Source of the DNA: Octopus vulgaris
Lineage: Eukaryota
NCBI GenBank assembly: GCA_951406725.2
Contig: OX597818.1
Location: 77,748,001-77,812,000 of the forward strand
DNA: 64,000 bases
Direction: 5' to 3'
Made by a program: the position numbers and the translations under genes. The notes beneath the pieces were generated by a model that saw nothing but the letters and a program-made list of their open reading frames with translations, did not search any database and had not been told where the DNA came from. How positions within the stretch are numbered: the stretch's first letter is position 1; each line of letters begins with the position of its first letter. Below, piece by piece: positions 25,255-38,399 of this stretch.

Positions 25255-25715
25255 TTACTTTTAATCTGCCTGTTTGTTACACTCACTTGTTGAGACACAC
25301 CCAGCATCCTAGGATGCTTGAAGGATAAGAGATGTTACAGTATGACTGAAAACTTGGGGAGGGGAAGTAGCAAAATATCTTCATGTAATACAACACAGAC
25401 TCTTAAATTGATAGGGTTTTTTCTAAGGATGTGGGCAGTACTTGTCAGCACAATCTTTTGGATTTCTCTGAGACATGGTTCTCCTGGTATATTATCTAGA
25501 TGTTGCTGACATCCCTTTTCTTATCATACCTAGGGTACCCACTATAACAGGCACAGTTCTCGCTTTAAGATGCCATATCTTTTGTATTTCAATTTTCAGG
25601 TCCTTATATTTACTTAATTTGTCAAATTCCTTGACAGATATATTTTAATCAGTGGAAACACTTACATCTATTAGTTTACAAGTATCCCCTCCACCCCCGT
25701 TTTTAATGACTATAT
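25255..25715 (-). mobile_element. R4/Dong LINE 3' fragment inserted in (TAA)n
   Basis: Minus strand DIVIK..LIDVSV..KYKDLKIEI..WHLK..PVIVG..IQKIVLTSTAHILRKTLSI; TTA repeats on both sides. Confidence 0.75.
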
Positions 25716-25790
25716 CATTATTATTATTATTATTATCATCATTATTATTATCATCATTATTATTATTATTATTATTATTATAATTATAAT

Positions 25791-28150
25791 AAGGTGGTGA
25801 GCTGGCAGAATCATTATCACATCAGACAAAATGCTTAGTAGCATTTTGTCTGGCTTTACATTGTAAGTTCAAATTCCACCAAGGTTGACTTTGCCTTTCT
25901 CATCCTTTTGGGGGTCAATAAACAAGTACCAGTTGCATGCTGGGGTCAATATTACTAGCTTACCCTTTGCCTAAAATTTCTGCCACTGTACCAAAGTTTG
26001 AAACCATTATCATCATCTATATTATTATTAACATTATTATTATCGTTATTCTTAAAAAGGCAGTGAGCTGGAAGAATCGTTACCACACTGGACAAAATGC
26101 TTATTAGCATTTCTTCTAGCTTTATATCCTGAGTTCAAATTCCACTGAGGTCAACTTTGCCTTTCATCCTTTCAGGGTCAATCAAATAAGTACCTGCTAT
26201 AGAGAGAATTATTATTAAGATGGCCAGTTGGCAGAAAGTACATGCTTTGCAGTATTTCTTATTTCTTTATTGCCCACAAGGGGCTAAACATAGAGGGGAC
26301 AAACAAGGACAGACAAAAGGATTAAGTCGATTACATCAACCCAAGTGCATAACTGCTACTTAATTTATCGACCCCGAAAGGATGAAAGGCAAAGTCGACC
26401 ACGGTGGAATTTGAACTCAGAACGTAACGGCAGACGAAATATCAATAAGTATTTCGCCCGGTGTGCTAACGTTTCTGCCAGCTTGCTGCTTTGCAATATT
26501 TCTTTGGGCTCTTTACATTCCGAATTTAAATTCCACTGAGGCCAACTTTGATTTTTCCTCCTCTCAAAGTTGATAGAGCATCAGCAAAGTACTAGTATTC
26601 AACTATTCCCTTTTCTCAAATTTTGGGTGTTGTGCCTATATCAGAAATTATTATTCTTTGTAGTAGTAGTAGCAGTAACAGCAGCAGTGGTACTGTCATG
26701 TGCAAAATTGATATGGCAGTGGATGAAATGTGTTCTGAGTTTTGGCTATGTCTTAATATTCTGATTTCAAATCCTGTTGAAATCAACTTTGCCTTTCATC
26801 CCCTGGGGCAGATAAAACAAAGTACCAGTCAAAAGCTGGGCCAATATTATTAACTAATCTTCTTCCTTCCAATTTATAACTTTGTGCCATATTAGAGAAA
26901 TTAGGAATGGTGGGTATAGAACTGGTAGAGTAGCAAGCAAAATGGTAGGATTAGATGGTAGAACTAGTAGTGCTGCGGGCAAATTGCATTGTTGTGTTTA
27001 GTTATATCCCTTTACATTTTGAGTTCAAATCCTGCTAAAGGTGACATTGCCTTTCATCCTTCTTGAGTCAATGAAATTAAGTCCCAATCAAGTTCTGTGG
27101 ATGATTCACTTAACTGTCACTCTTCCATCCAGTTTTGTGACCTTGTGTCCAGGCAGAATCAAAATCACCAGTGTCCCCAGTCTGACTTCATAACACAATC
27201 CATACCTGGACTCCAATTACATCCATGCATCCATCACAAATAGATGCAACTTGTTTTATTTTTACAATTTTTTGTTTGTCTCCCTTTTTTAAAAAAAATT
27301 ATCTCCATCAAACACTCATTTGTCAAAATCAACAGGAGTGGCCATCATTATTATGATTACTACTACTACTACTACTACTAAGACAGTAAGGTGGCTGAGT
27401 CATTAGCATGCTGGGCAAAATGCTTAATGGCATTTCATTTGTCTTTATGTTCTGAGTTCAAATTCTGCCGAAGTCGATTTTGCCTTTTATCCTCTTGGGG
27501 TTAATAAAATATGTATCAGTTGACCACTGGGGTTGATGTAATCAACTTATTTCTTCCCCAAACTTGCTGGCTTTGTGCCAAAATTTGAAATTATTATTAT
27601 TATTATAGTCAAAGTTGGAGTACACCAAACTGTAGTTGTACTGCTGATATTTGAACTCAAAATGAGTTGTGTCTAAATACAGCAAGGCATTTTTTCTAAG
27701 TATGGCAAATCAACAAAACTGTTAGACAAAATCCCTTGTGGGTTCCCCCAGCCCCATATGTTCTGAGTTCAAATCCCATGAAAGTTGATTTTTGCCTTTC
27801 TTCCTTTTGAGGTTAATAAAATAAAGTACTAGTCAAGCACTGAAATCAGTTTCCTCATCTGTGCTCCTCCCCTCAGAATTATTGGCCTTGTTCCAAAATT
27901 AGTAAGGATTTATTATCATCTGAAATTTATTATTATAATTACAGTCAGCTGGCAGTATCGTTAGCACACCAGGTGAAATGCTTGGCAGTATTTCACCTGT
28001 CTTCACATCCTGAGTTCAAAATCCACCTTTTGCCTTCTATCCTTTCAGGGTCGATAAAATAAGTACCAGTCAAGTACTGGGAGCGATGTAATCAATGTTT
28101 ACCTCTCCCCCAAATTTCAGGCCTTGTACCTATTGTAGAAAGAATTATTA
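25791..28150 (+). mobile_element. Cluster of roughly nine head-to-tail family A SINE copies plus one nested inverted copy
   Basis: Repeated gagttcaaat-cc...ctttgcctttcatcc...ataagtaccag modules separated by (TAT)n/(TAG)n/(TAC)n. Confidence 0.8.
26261..26492 (-). mobile_element. Young SINE subfamily with L1/Tx1-like tail, nested in another SINE
   Basis: TSD gca(g/a)tatttctt at 26249-26260 and 26493-26504; CpG-rich; close match to 44922-45154. Confidence 0.8.
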
Positions 28151-30038
28151 TTATTAGAAACCATTTCCAGTACTACTATCCCATCATTGAAAACTTGAAA
28201 TTCTTTGGGAATTTACTTTGCAATGAATTTAATTCCTGCTTCGTAACTGAAGTTGAAACTTGCAATAGTGAAAACTAAGTTCCTTCTTCAAGAATGGTAA
28301 AAAAGATGTGAGAGGTGTCAACTATCTAAACAGTTATTTTATTTTCTATGCTATTTTGTATAAGTCTCAGTCCTTTGGCTGCTGAAGATATGGTCAGGCA
28401 ATTGTTGTGCTGATGATGGCAATTGAACCAGAAAATGACTGTCCTCTTATCTCCAGACATTAAGCCTGTCCTTTTCCTTAATGTCATGTCAATTTAGGAG
28501 AATACACAATTCTTGTGATTATCTCCCCTCCTCAAGTGGAGCCGGACTTAATTGTCACTTGGTAATTATAATATCCTTCAGAGCAGCTAGTCTCAACTTT
28601 TTTTGTTTTACCTCTGGACTCCTTTTAATTTATATTTTACTCTACTGGACTCCCATATTATAAAAAATTATATTATATTTGCATAGTTGGATATTATTAG
28701 AAATTCTAATATACAAATTATCATAATATTTTGTGTGTAGTTGACGTAAAACCAATTTATTGCTCATAAGCTTCAACAAAATCTTATATGAAACCTCAAG
28801 GGTCATATGGACGCTAGTTGAGAATCACTAGTCTAGAGGCAGAAATAATGTTAATAAATCAAGAATTTATGTTGTATGCTATTTAATATACCTGTATTTG
28901 TCTGTTCAGATACATGCTACTGGCCACTCAGCTATTTTTCTTAGCTCATTTTTGTATAAGCCTTTAAGCATTCAAATTACTCTGTGAAAGGAAATGCTTA
29001 TTGAGTCACATTGATTTGAATTATGTTTTACCTTTTAGCTTTGAGATTCTAATGATGTGATTGATTATATTTAGAATAACATTGTAGAGTAGGTGTGAGA
29101 GGTCAGGTCTGAACAGAAAATGGGTAGAATGTTCGGGCCTGAAATGGCCGGTTTAAATACTTAGGGGTTAAATAATTATTGCTCTATTTATTAATTAGCT
29201 TTAAATTTTAACTCAAAATTTAGTCAGCAGAAGCTGAGATATTTTGCTGATTCTTTTATTCTTTTATTTGTTTCAGTCATTTGACTGTGGCCATGCTGGG
29301 GCACCACCTTTAGTCGAGCAAATCAACCCCAGGACTTATTCTTTGTGAGCCTAGTACTTATTCTATCAGTCTCTCTTGCTGAATCACTAAGTGACAGGGA
29401 TGTAAACACACCAGCATCGGTTGTCAAGCAATGTTGGGGGGACAAACACAGACACACAAACATATACATACATATATATATATACAACTCACAAGGCTTT
29501 AGTCGGCCCAAGGCTATAGTAGAAGACACTTGCCCAAGGTGCCAAGCAGTGGGACTTAACCTGGAACCATGTGGTTGGTAAGCAAGCTACTTACAACACA
29601 GCCACTCCTGTGCCTATAATATTAGAACAGAGGCAATATTAATACTGGGCGGTATGTTTGTACTCACTTAAATGTGGATGTTTCACTCATGCACTGCAAT
29701 ATAGTTTGTCCTAACAGAACATTCATGTTTAAATGGACATAGGAAAACTAAATTTTATTGATGTAACATAATTTTAAACATACTTCAGTATTTTAGATGT
29801 AATAGAATATCCTTTCTTTTAATTTATCCATTACTTGTTCCAGTCATTAGACTGCAGCCTTACTGGGGCACCATTTTCAAGGATTTAGTCAAACTGACTC
29901 CAGTAATCATTTTTAAGCTAGAAACTTAAGCTATCGGTCTCTTTTTGCTGAACTTTGAAGTTAATGGAAAGTAAACAAACCAACACCTGTTGTCAAGCAG
30001 TGGTGGTGGGGAGAAACACAAAGATGCACACACACACA

Positions 30039-30092
<54 letters not shown>

Positions 30093-30094
<2 letters not shown>

Positions 30095-32495
30095 ACAACT
30101 GGAGGTCTCTAAGGGACAACCTGCTGAGAGCCACTGACCAGATCTGTGGTTGGTGCAAAGTCCCCTCAAGACCCAAAATAACGTGGTGGTGGAACAATAT
30201 TGTTGACAGGGCTATTAGACAAAAGAAACAGGCTTGGAAGAACGGTATTAGCAGGGAAGTGTATCAGACTGCCAGAAGGGAAGCTAGGAGGCAGGTGTAT
30301 TTAGCCAGAGGGGAAGCAGATAAGAAAAAATTTGCCAATGTTCTGCACCGTGAGGATGAAAGACTTGAGGTATTTTGTGTTGCAAGACAATGTGTGAGAG
30401 AGAATCGTGATGTGGTAGGAGAGAAATGTGTTCGCATGGATGATGGTTCACTTGCGCTAAATGAGGATGTAAAGAGAGAGGATTGGAGACACCACTATGA
30501 AAGGTTGCTGAATAAAGAAAATGAATGGGATAAAGAGAGTCTGCTGAATGTCGACCCAACAAAGGGACCAGCTATCCGAGTTGACAGTTCCTTGGTAGTT
30601 AAGGCAATTAGAAGCATGAAGACAGGGAAAGCCCCAGGCCCATCAGGAATTACTGCAGAGATGCTCAAAATATCTGGTAGTGTCAGCTATAGCCTAGTCA
30701 CCTGTATAGTTAACCAAGTGATACACGAAGGAGTCATTCCCAATGACTGGTGTAGCAGCATAATAGTCAACTGCTACAAAGGTAAAGGTGACGCCCTAGA
30801 TACAAATAACTATAGGAGTATCAAGCTGTTGGATCAGGTAATGAAGGTTACGGAGAGGGTCATAGCCCAACTAATTAGAGAGAGAGTTAGTTTAGATGAG
30901 ATGCAGTTTGGGTTCGTGCCAGGGAAAAGTACTACTGATGCTATATTCCTGGTAAGACAGCTGCAGGAGAAATACCTAGCCAAAGATAAGCCCCTGTACC
31001 TGGCTTTTGTTTACATGGAGAAAGCCTTCGACAGGGTCCCCCAATCCCTTATCTGGTGGTCAGTGAGAAAACTAGGGATAGATGAATGGTTAGTGAGAGC
31101 TGTGCGAGCCATGTATAGGGACGCTGCTAGTAAGATGAGGGTTGGCAACGAGTACAGTGAAGAATTCCGGGTAGAGGTTGGGGTCCACCAAGGTTCAGTC
31201 CTCAGCCCCCTCCTATTTATCATAGTCCTCCAGGCAATAACGGAGGAATTCAAGACAGAATGCCCCTGGGAGCTCCTCTATGCTGATGACCTTGCTCTAA
31301 TTGCTGAGTCACTATCAGAACTGGAGGAGAAGTTTCAGGTGTGGAAGCAAGGGTTAGAATCGAAGGGCCTTAGAGTCAACCTAGCTAAAACCAAAGTCCT
31401 AATAAATAGGAAGGTAGACAAATCACAAACGCCTTCAGGTAGATGGCCCTGCTCGATCCGTAGAAAAGGCGTAGGTAGAAACTCTATAAGATGCACCAAG
31501 TGTAAGCTATGGACACATAAGAGGTGCAGCAATGTCAAAGGAAGGCTAACTAGGAAAATGGTTTTTGTATGTGGCAGATGCTCAGGAGCAATAAACACTG
31601 AAAATGCACAGAGACCAACTTCCACCACATTCCAGGGAGAAAAACTAGAAATAGTTGATAGCTTCCGTTACCTAGGTGACCAAGTCAGTAGCTGGGGTGG
31701 GTGTGCTGAAAGTGTAACTGCTAGAGTAAGAATAACCTGGGCAAAGTTCAGAGAGCTCTTACCCCTGCTGGTGACTAAAGGCCTCTCGCTCAGAGTAAAA
31801 GGCAGACTGTATGATGCATGTGTTTGAACAGCCATGCTACATGGTAGTGAAACATGCGCTGTGACTGCTGAGGATATGCGTAAGCTCACATGAAATGAAG
31901 CCAGTATGCTCCGATGGATGTGTAATGTCAGTGTTCATACTCGATAGAGTGTAAGTACCTTGAGAGAAAAGTTGGACCTAAGAAGCATCAGTTGTGGTGT
32001 GCAAGAGAGACGTTTACACTGGTATGGTCATGTGATGAGAATGGATGAAGATAGTTGTGTGAAAAAGTGCCACACCCTAGCGGTTGAGAGAACCTGTGGA
32101 AGAGGTAGACCCAGGAAAACCTGGGACGAGGTGGTGAAGCACGACCTTCAAACTTTAGGTCTCTCCGAGGAAATGACTAGAGACAAGACCTATGGAAGTA
32201 TGCTGTGCATGAGAAGACCCAGCAGGACTAGTGAGACCATAACCCATGGCCTCTACCTGGGATGTAGCCAGTCCACTTATGCATACCTTTCCTTCATGGG
32301 ACACAAAACTCTACTTGTGAAGACCTGTTGAGGCAAGTGAGAATCAGAATCAAAATCAAAATCGATCAACATCAATGGAAATTGTAGCTGTGATACCAGT
32401 GCTGGTGGCATGTAAAAAGCACCATCCGATCGTGGCCATTGCCAGCCTCGCCCGGCACCCGTGCCGGTGGCACATAAAAGCACCAGTGCCGATTG
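30093..32495 (+). mobile_element. 5'-truncated RTE LINE, near-intact reverse transcriptase
   Basis: ORF 30040-31827: KAPGPSG, QFGFVPGKST, KAFDRVP, GVHQGSVLSPLLF, LLYADD, Cys/His finger, FRYLGD; several stops downstream, RGRPRKTW. Confidence 0.95.
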
Positions 32496-32575
32496 TCAAG
32501 TGGCAGTGGGGGAGAAACACAGGCACAGGACACACAGACACCCTCCACACGCACATACATACATACATACATACA

Positions 32576-32608
<33 letters not shown>

Positions 32609-32808
32609 GTATTTGTATGTATATATATATAAAACAACAAATGGATTGTGTTTCAGATGTATTTTTTATTGATGAATAGAAGTGTTACATCATGCAAAAA
32701 TGCTGTTTTCATCAGGTGAATACAGGTAAGAATTAAACATCTAGAACTTCTGAAGAACAAGTACCATATGACTCTATTGACCCAAAGTCGATCAGAGATC
32801 AGAGGTAT

Positions 32809-32846
<38 letters not shown>

Positions 32847-32859
32847 ACACACAATAATA

Positions 32860-33410
32860 AAGGTGACTAGTTGCAATACAAAACCAAAAGGAAGAGTTCA
32901 GTTATCACTAATATTGACTGAGAGTATATTGTAGCACCTACAGTGCAAGTAATAAGAATCAAAGACCCTTATAGCCACAAACATAGCACAAGTCCATGTA
33001 CTGAGAGTCAACTGCCCCATAGCAAATGAGGGTACTAAACTGGCAAGCCAATTTCACTAGAAATTTAAGCTCCTCAGCAGTAGTACTTCATTGTTTATAG
33101 TTAAGTCAAATCCAACCTGTCAGTATGCAGATATTATCATATGAATCAATGACTGATTCAGTAAAATAGTAATGTAAAAATTATAAAATAATTAAGGTGA
33201 CTAGACACAATATAAGACCAAAATGAAGAATTTAGTTGTTGCTAATAGTGACTGAGGGTGCATTGTAGCTCCTATATTGCTAGAAATAAGAGTCAAAGAC
33301 CTTTCTAGCCGCAAATATAGTGCAAGTTTATGTACTGACAGGGGTGTTAACCACCCCATAGGCAGATAGGGTACTAAATTGGCAAGCCAATTTTGCTTGA
33401 AATTATAGCT
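32860..33410. repeat. Old direct tandem duplication, period about 335 bp
   Basis: aaggtgactag near 32860 and 33195; gggtactaaa(c/t)tggcaagccaattt near 33030 and 33369. Confidence 0.7.
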
Positions 33411-33428
33411 ATCACTTATACACACACT

Positions 33429-33508
<80 letters not shown>

Positions 33509-33554
33509 CATACATGTACATATCTCTATGTGTAGATATACATATATATGTATA

Positions 33555-33712
33555 GGGGGAGAATTCACGAAAAAAACATAAGGCAAAGACAGATGGTGTA
33601 GAAAACAAACAGATGTATTAGTATAACACTCAGGAATTGAAAAAGTCTTTTACATTTTGAGCCTACGCTCTTCCACAGAAAGAAACAAGGAGAGAAAAAA
33701 ACTGTGTGTAGT
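33555..33712 (-). mobile_element. Solo Penelope pseudo-LTR with hammerhead-like motif
   Basis: Reverse complement of 19295-19459; motif at 33647-33682; partial further copy at 41569-41636. Confidence 0.75.
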
Positions 33713-33786
33713 GGGTGTGTCAAAGCAATTGTAATTGTTTTGAATAAAGAATCCAATGAAGTTTCGTTTTTGTCTCTGATATATAA

Positions 33787-33819
<33 letters not shown>

Positions 33820-34399
33820 TGTATATATATATATACACACACACACATATATACATACATATATGCATGCATGCATATATGTTTATACACACATGCACGT
33901 GCACACGAACACACACACACACACACACATATTGAAACAAAGACTGGAATTTATGGTATTATATTTAATTCTGTAGTTACAATTGTTTCATTATAGGAAA
34001 TACATTTTATGAAAATAAATATCAATATTGAATTCCTACTATAATAATATACATGCATGATTATTTAATACCCATGTGAAATTGGATTTGATCTCAATAA
34101 ATAAAATTTTTTTGACATGAATTCAATTGCATGTGGGTATTAAGTAATGACTAGTAAAGGCCTGTTTTGCTTTAGAGCTGTCACTCAGGATGGATGTGGT
34201 GGCTGCATGAGATCCAGAAATTTGCCTCTAGGTTCTAGCCAGAAGTTAGGTGGGTAGGGTACTCCCTGATATATCCCATCTGAAAAGGATCAATGTCAAG
34301 AGAGGTGCTGCAAGGTAGGTGAGCTACATTTTCTCCCCAGCATAGAATGTCAACCAGGCAGAGAACATGTACATCAATGATTTGTCTATCCCCTCTATC

Positions 34400-35595
34400 T
34401 TTAATGATGAAAGCTATATGTATCTCATAATCGTAAAACTAGAATTAAAAAAGTGTTTTTCTGCAGACTCTGGAAAATATGGAAGTCAGAAATGTCTGCA
34501 TTTAACAAAATGGTATCTCACAATGCTTTTGCAGGGCCAGTGCTAGTACCAACTTTTAGGATATTGGACTGGACATTTGATGAGATCTGCAACTGGAACA
34601 TCAAAACTAGAAAGGTACTGACCACTGCTGGCAACTTCCACATTAACAGCAACTTTGAGAGGACCTATGTGGGAGGAAGGGATGATGGCAGAGGCACAAG
34701 GTCAGTTCAAACAGTTTTTGAATTTCACATTGTATCACTCAGACAACACCTGCTGGGTAGCATAGAAAGAAACAAGTATATTACAAGCATACTCAAAAGT
34801 GAGAGCAACAACAGTTTCAGAGTAGGTGAAGAATTCCTGAACAGATAGAGTACAACCAAACTGTTTCATCTGACCCGAAGGAGGCTGAATTGACATACCT
34901 AAACTAGAGCTGGAAAGTGAAGCATGCATCATACCAACAAAAAATAATGCATGGGTACATATCTCATAAGCTAGAGTATAACAGCAACATTAACAGAAAG
35001 GATGGCCTCTCTTGGACCTATGACAGATACTTTACATTGCACCTAGAAGGATATACTCCAATGAAATCAGCAATCTGGTGCAAACACAACTGACTTGATA
35101 TTGTTTTATGGGACAGGGAGCAAAAGTTATGCCCTGCTGTGAAGGCCAGCATCCAAGTAAATGTGAACGTATCACTAAAAGTCCAGGAAATAAACATTTT
35201 TAGTGAATTAATGTGGAACTTCTAGCTCTTGTATCCTGACTATAAATTTTCAATTGTACCTATTGTCCATCATAGGTGCATTAGGCTATGTATCTATAGT
35301 TTCACACAAAAAACTAGAAATACTAGATTTCCTGTAGAAAGAGTAAAAGAAACTGATACACATTATTCAAATCCAATCTATTAGTGACAGTGAAAATTTG
35401 TAAGACATTGCAAAGATTCTCCACTTGAGATTCTTTAAATGAGTAAACGTGCTCATTTAGTTGTGTGCATCGACAGTTCAACTAAGACACCAGCTCAACC
35501 ACGTATTTACAAACATCAGGAGCCTTCTTATCTCAACATATCTTGCTGCTTTGTTAATGACCATTTTGAACTCTCTTAGGGACTTAAATAATCAC
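34400..35595 (+). mobile_element. Decayed R4-clade (RLE) LINE ending at (TACA)n
   Basis: RLWKIWKSEMSAFNK..HNAFAGPVLVPTFRILDWT, YVGGRDDGRG, MHGY, IIGALG remnants. Confidence 0.65.
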
Positions 35596-36806
35596 ACATA
35601 CATACATACATACATACATACATACATACATACATACATACATACATACATACATACATACATACATACACACACACATACATGCTTGCATACATACATG
35701 ATGATGATGGCCATCCACTTGTGACCGAGGAAGATCATTGCTGACCTTCAGGAACATTGTGCCTCCTAGGATATAGGGGGGTGGGGGTGGAAAGCAGCAC
35801 ATATCGAGTAGAGGTCAGCAATGTCTGTGCAGAGTTTTAGGTCCAATAAGGCTTGCATGATGCCACATAGACCCTCTCCATTCTATTGACATTATCCAGA
35901 GACAAGCCAGAGCAAGATGTCTGGTGCCAATATGAGTCGCAGGCTCAGGGATGTGGGAGCGCCATGATCTCTAGCACAAACCAATGATCCCCAAAATGTC
36001 CAATGCCATTCCCTGCACATCTGGTTTTGTATCAGAGTGACCTTTTCCTTGAGACATGCTTCAACAGAAGCTGGGAGGTGCCTCCCTCCCAGTGGTCTTC
36101 CAGCATGCCAGACACCATCCCGGAATTTCTGCGTATCTGTGCTATTGCTAGATAGCCATTGAGCCTGCACTAGGTTTATCTGACCTTTCAACAGGTCTTG
36201 TTTTTAATCATACCTACATATATACATACAGTTCATAATATTTTTCAAAAGTGATGATGAATCAAATAAAGCAAAAAAGAAAAAAAATCCCAAATAAACG
36301 AATATTTAATTAAATTTTGTTGGCATTTCTTAAAAATAAAGTAAAAAAAATCACAAGCTTACATGAAAAGAAATTTGTTGTTTCTTCAAATAATTGGCAA
36401 TAATTTATAATTAGTTGAGATAATTGACATCATCTACGAGATGTGGTCTCTCAATGTTTAATGGTGTCTCCGACATCAAATATATTTGTTTTGTGAATAC
36501 TTTGAACTACATAAACTAAAAATCATTCATGATATTTAGTCTGTTTCTAGTGCAAATATTCATCACTGTTGTCTTTGTTGTTGTTGTCATCGTTGTTGTC
36601 ATCATCATCATCACCACCACCAACAACACAACCACTACCAAACCCACCACCACCACCACCACCACAACCACAACCACCACCACCACCATCATTTAAGGTT
36701 CATGTTCCATGCTGGCATGTGTTGGATGGTGTGATAGGATCCAGTGGGGCCAAGAACTGCTTTATAGTCTTAACTCTACTGTGGTATGGTTTCCATGGCT
36801 TACTTA

Positions 36807-37144
36807 CCGTAAATCTTTGAGTATAATCCACATTTTTTTCCCAAAATTTAAAGGTCAAAATCCCTAGTGTGTACTATATACGAGGTTAAAAATGAAAAAT
36901 ATTTCCTAAGCAATGTCCAAGTCTCTATTTGATGTCCCACATAACAGTTAAGAACATCACCATTATTATATTGCGCATGCGTGGAAGTGTTTGTTTGACT
37001 AAGTGCTGCTGGCTTAATTACATACAACTCAAGTTAGAGAAGGGGTGCGTATTATACACAAGGCTTAAGTTTTTCAGAGGTACAGCCCCTTAAAAATCCC
37101 TTGCGTATTATACTTAAGGGCGGACTATACTCAAGGATTTACAG
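36807..37144. mobile_element. Tc1/mariner-superfamily (pogo/Tigger-like) MITE
   Basis: 23-bp TIRs ccgtaaatctttgagtataatcc / ggactatactcaaggatttacag, TA on both sides. Confidence 0.8.
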
Positions 37145-38399
37145 TATTTATCATCTACCTTGCAACGTAGCAAATGAAAAATTAAATTTAACAATAATTT
37201 TTTTTTGTAAAGAACCAAGAAATAGTGAACCTATCATCAGCAATTTGTTCTTTGACACATTAAAGCTCACATTATCCACCATCTTTCCAACAGCTTTGGT
37301 AATTTTTTTTAACTTAATTTCTCTACCATTTGTATGGTCACAAACTGGCAGAATCATTTGCATGCTGGGCAAAATGCTTAGCGGCATTTCATCCGTCACT
37401 ACTTTCTGAGTTCAAATTCCACTGAGGACGATTTTGCCTTTCATCCTTTTAGGGTTTATAAAATAAGTAGCAGTTGAACACTGGGGTCAATGTAATCAAC
37501 TTACCTTCTCCCCTGAAACTGCTGGCCTTGTGCCAAACTTTCAAGTCCTCCTCCTCCTCCTCCTCCTCCCCCTTCTTCTTCTGTTGCTGCTGCTGCTGCC
37601 ATCACACCACTTTAATAACAATAATGATGATCCTTTCTACTAAAGGTACAAGACCTGGCATTTTGTGGGAGGGGCTAGTTGATTATATTGACCCTATTAT
37701 GCAACTAACTGGTACTTATTTCATCGACCCTGATAGGATAAAAGGCAAAGTTAACCTCAGCAGCATTTGAGCTCAGATCATAAATACAGATGAAATGCTG
37801 CTAAACATTTTGTCTGGTGTGCTAACGATTCTGTCAGCTTGCTACCATAAACACAGAAGTAATAATAATTGTAATTAATCCTTATATTAACTCCGGTTCC
37901 ACAAATCAATGGTGGTGATGGCGGTGGTGGTCATCGTCATTGTGGTGTGGAAAAAGGAGGAGAAAAGAGTGAATCAATTTGCAGTACAGACTTGGTGTTT
38001 ATCGATGACAAAGCTGACCTAAGTAGGATTAAAACCCAAAATGTAAAGATAGATTTAAATACAAACTCAATATTACTTTGTGAATTGGTTTTCACCACAC
38101 TGGTAATAGTGTTTGTTTGTGTTTATATTTTTCTGAGTGTTTCCTAATGATTTGGTCTGGAGTCCATTGGTTCACAAATTCTCTAAGATTTTGACTATGG
38201 CCTTCACGAGCCTCGCAAGGGGATTGTGTCTATGGCCCTCATTGACCCTCTAAGTGGTCTGTGTTCAATACCTTCATAGGTTCTTCACATATGTTCCATA
38301 TTCTGCAGTAGAAACACAAAACATTTAAGCTGTTAGTCTGGTGATTCTGCATTTCATTATTTGATATATAAGAGCAGCAACAACAACAACAATAATAAT

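Noticed and set aside
25791-28150. tRNA gene cluster (A/B box-like motifs)
   Set aside because: SINE heads; no intact cloverleaf seen
30040-30092. N-terminus of the 595-aa ORF
   Set aside because: Start lies in a (TA)n tract; the LINE is 5'-truncated and lacks its APE domain, so not an active element
35700-36200. Possible RTE-type C-terminal fragment on the minus strand
   Set aside because: Too decayed to assign with confidence
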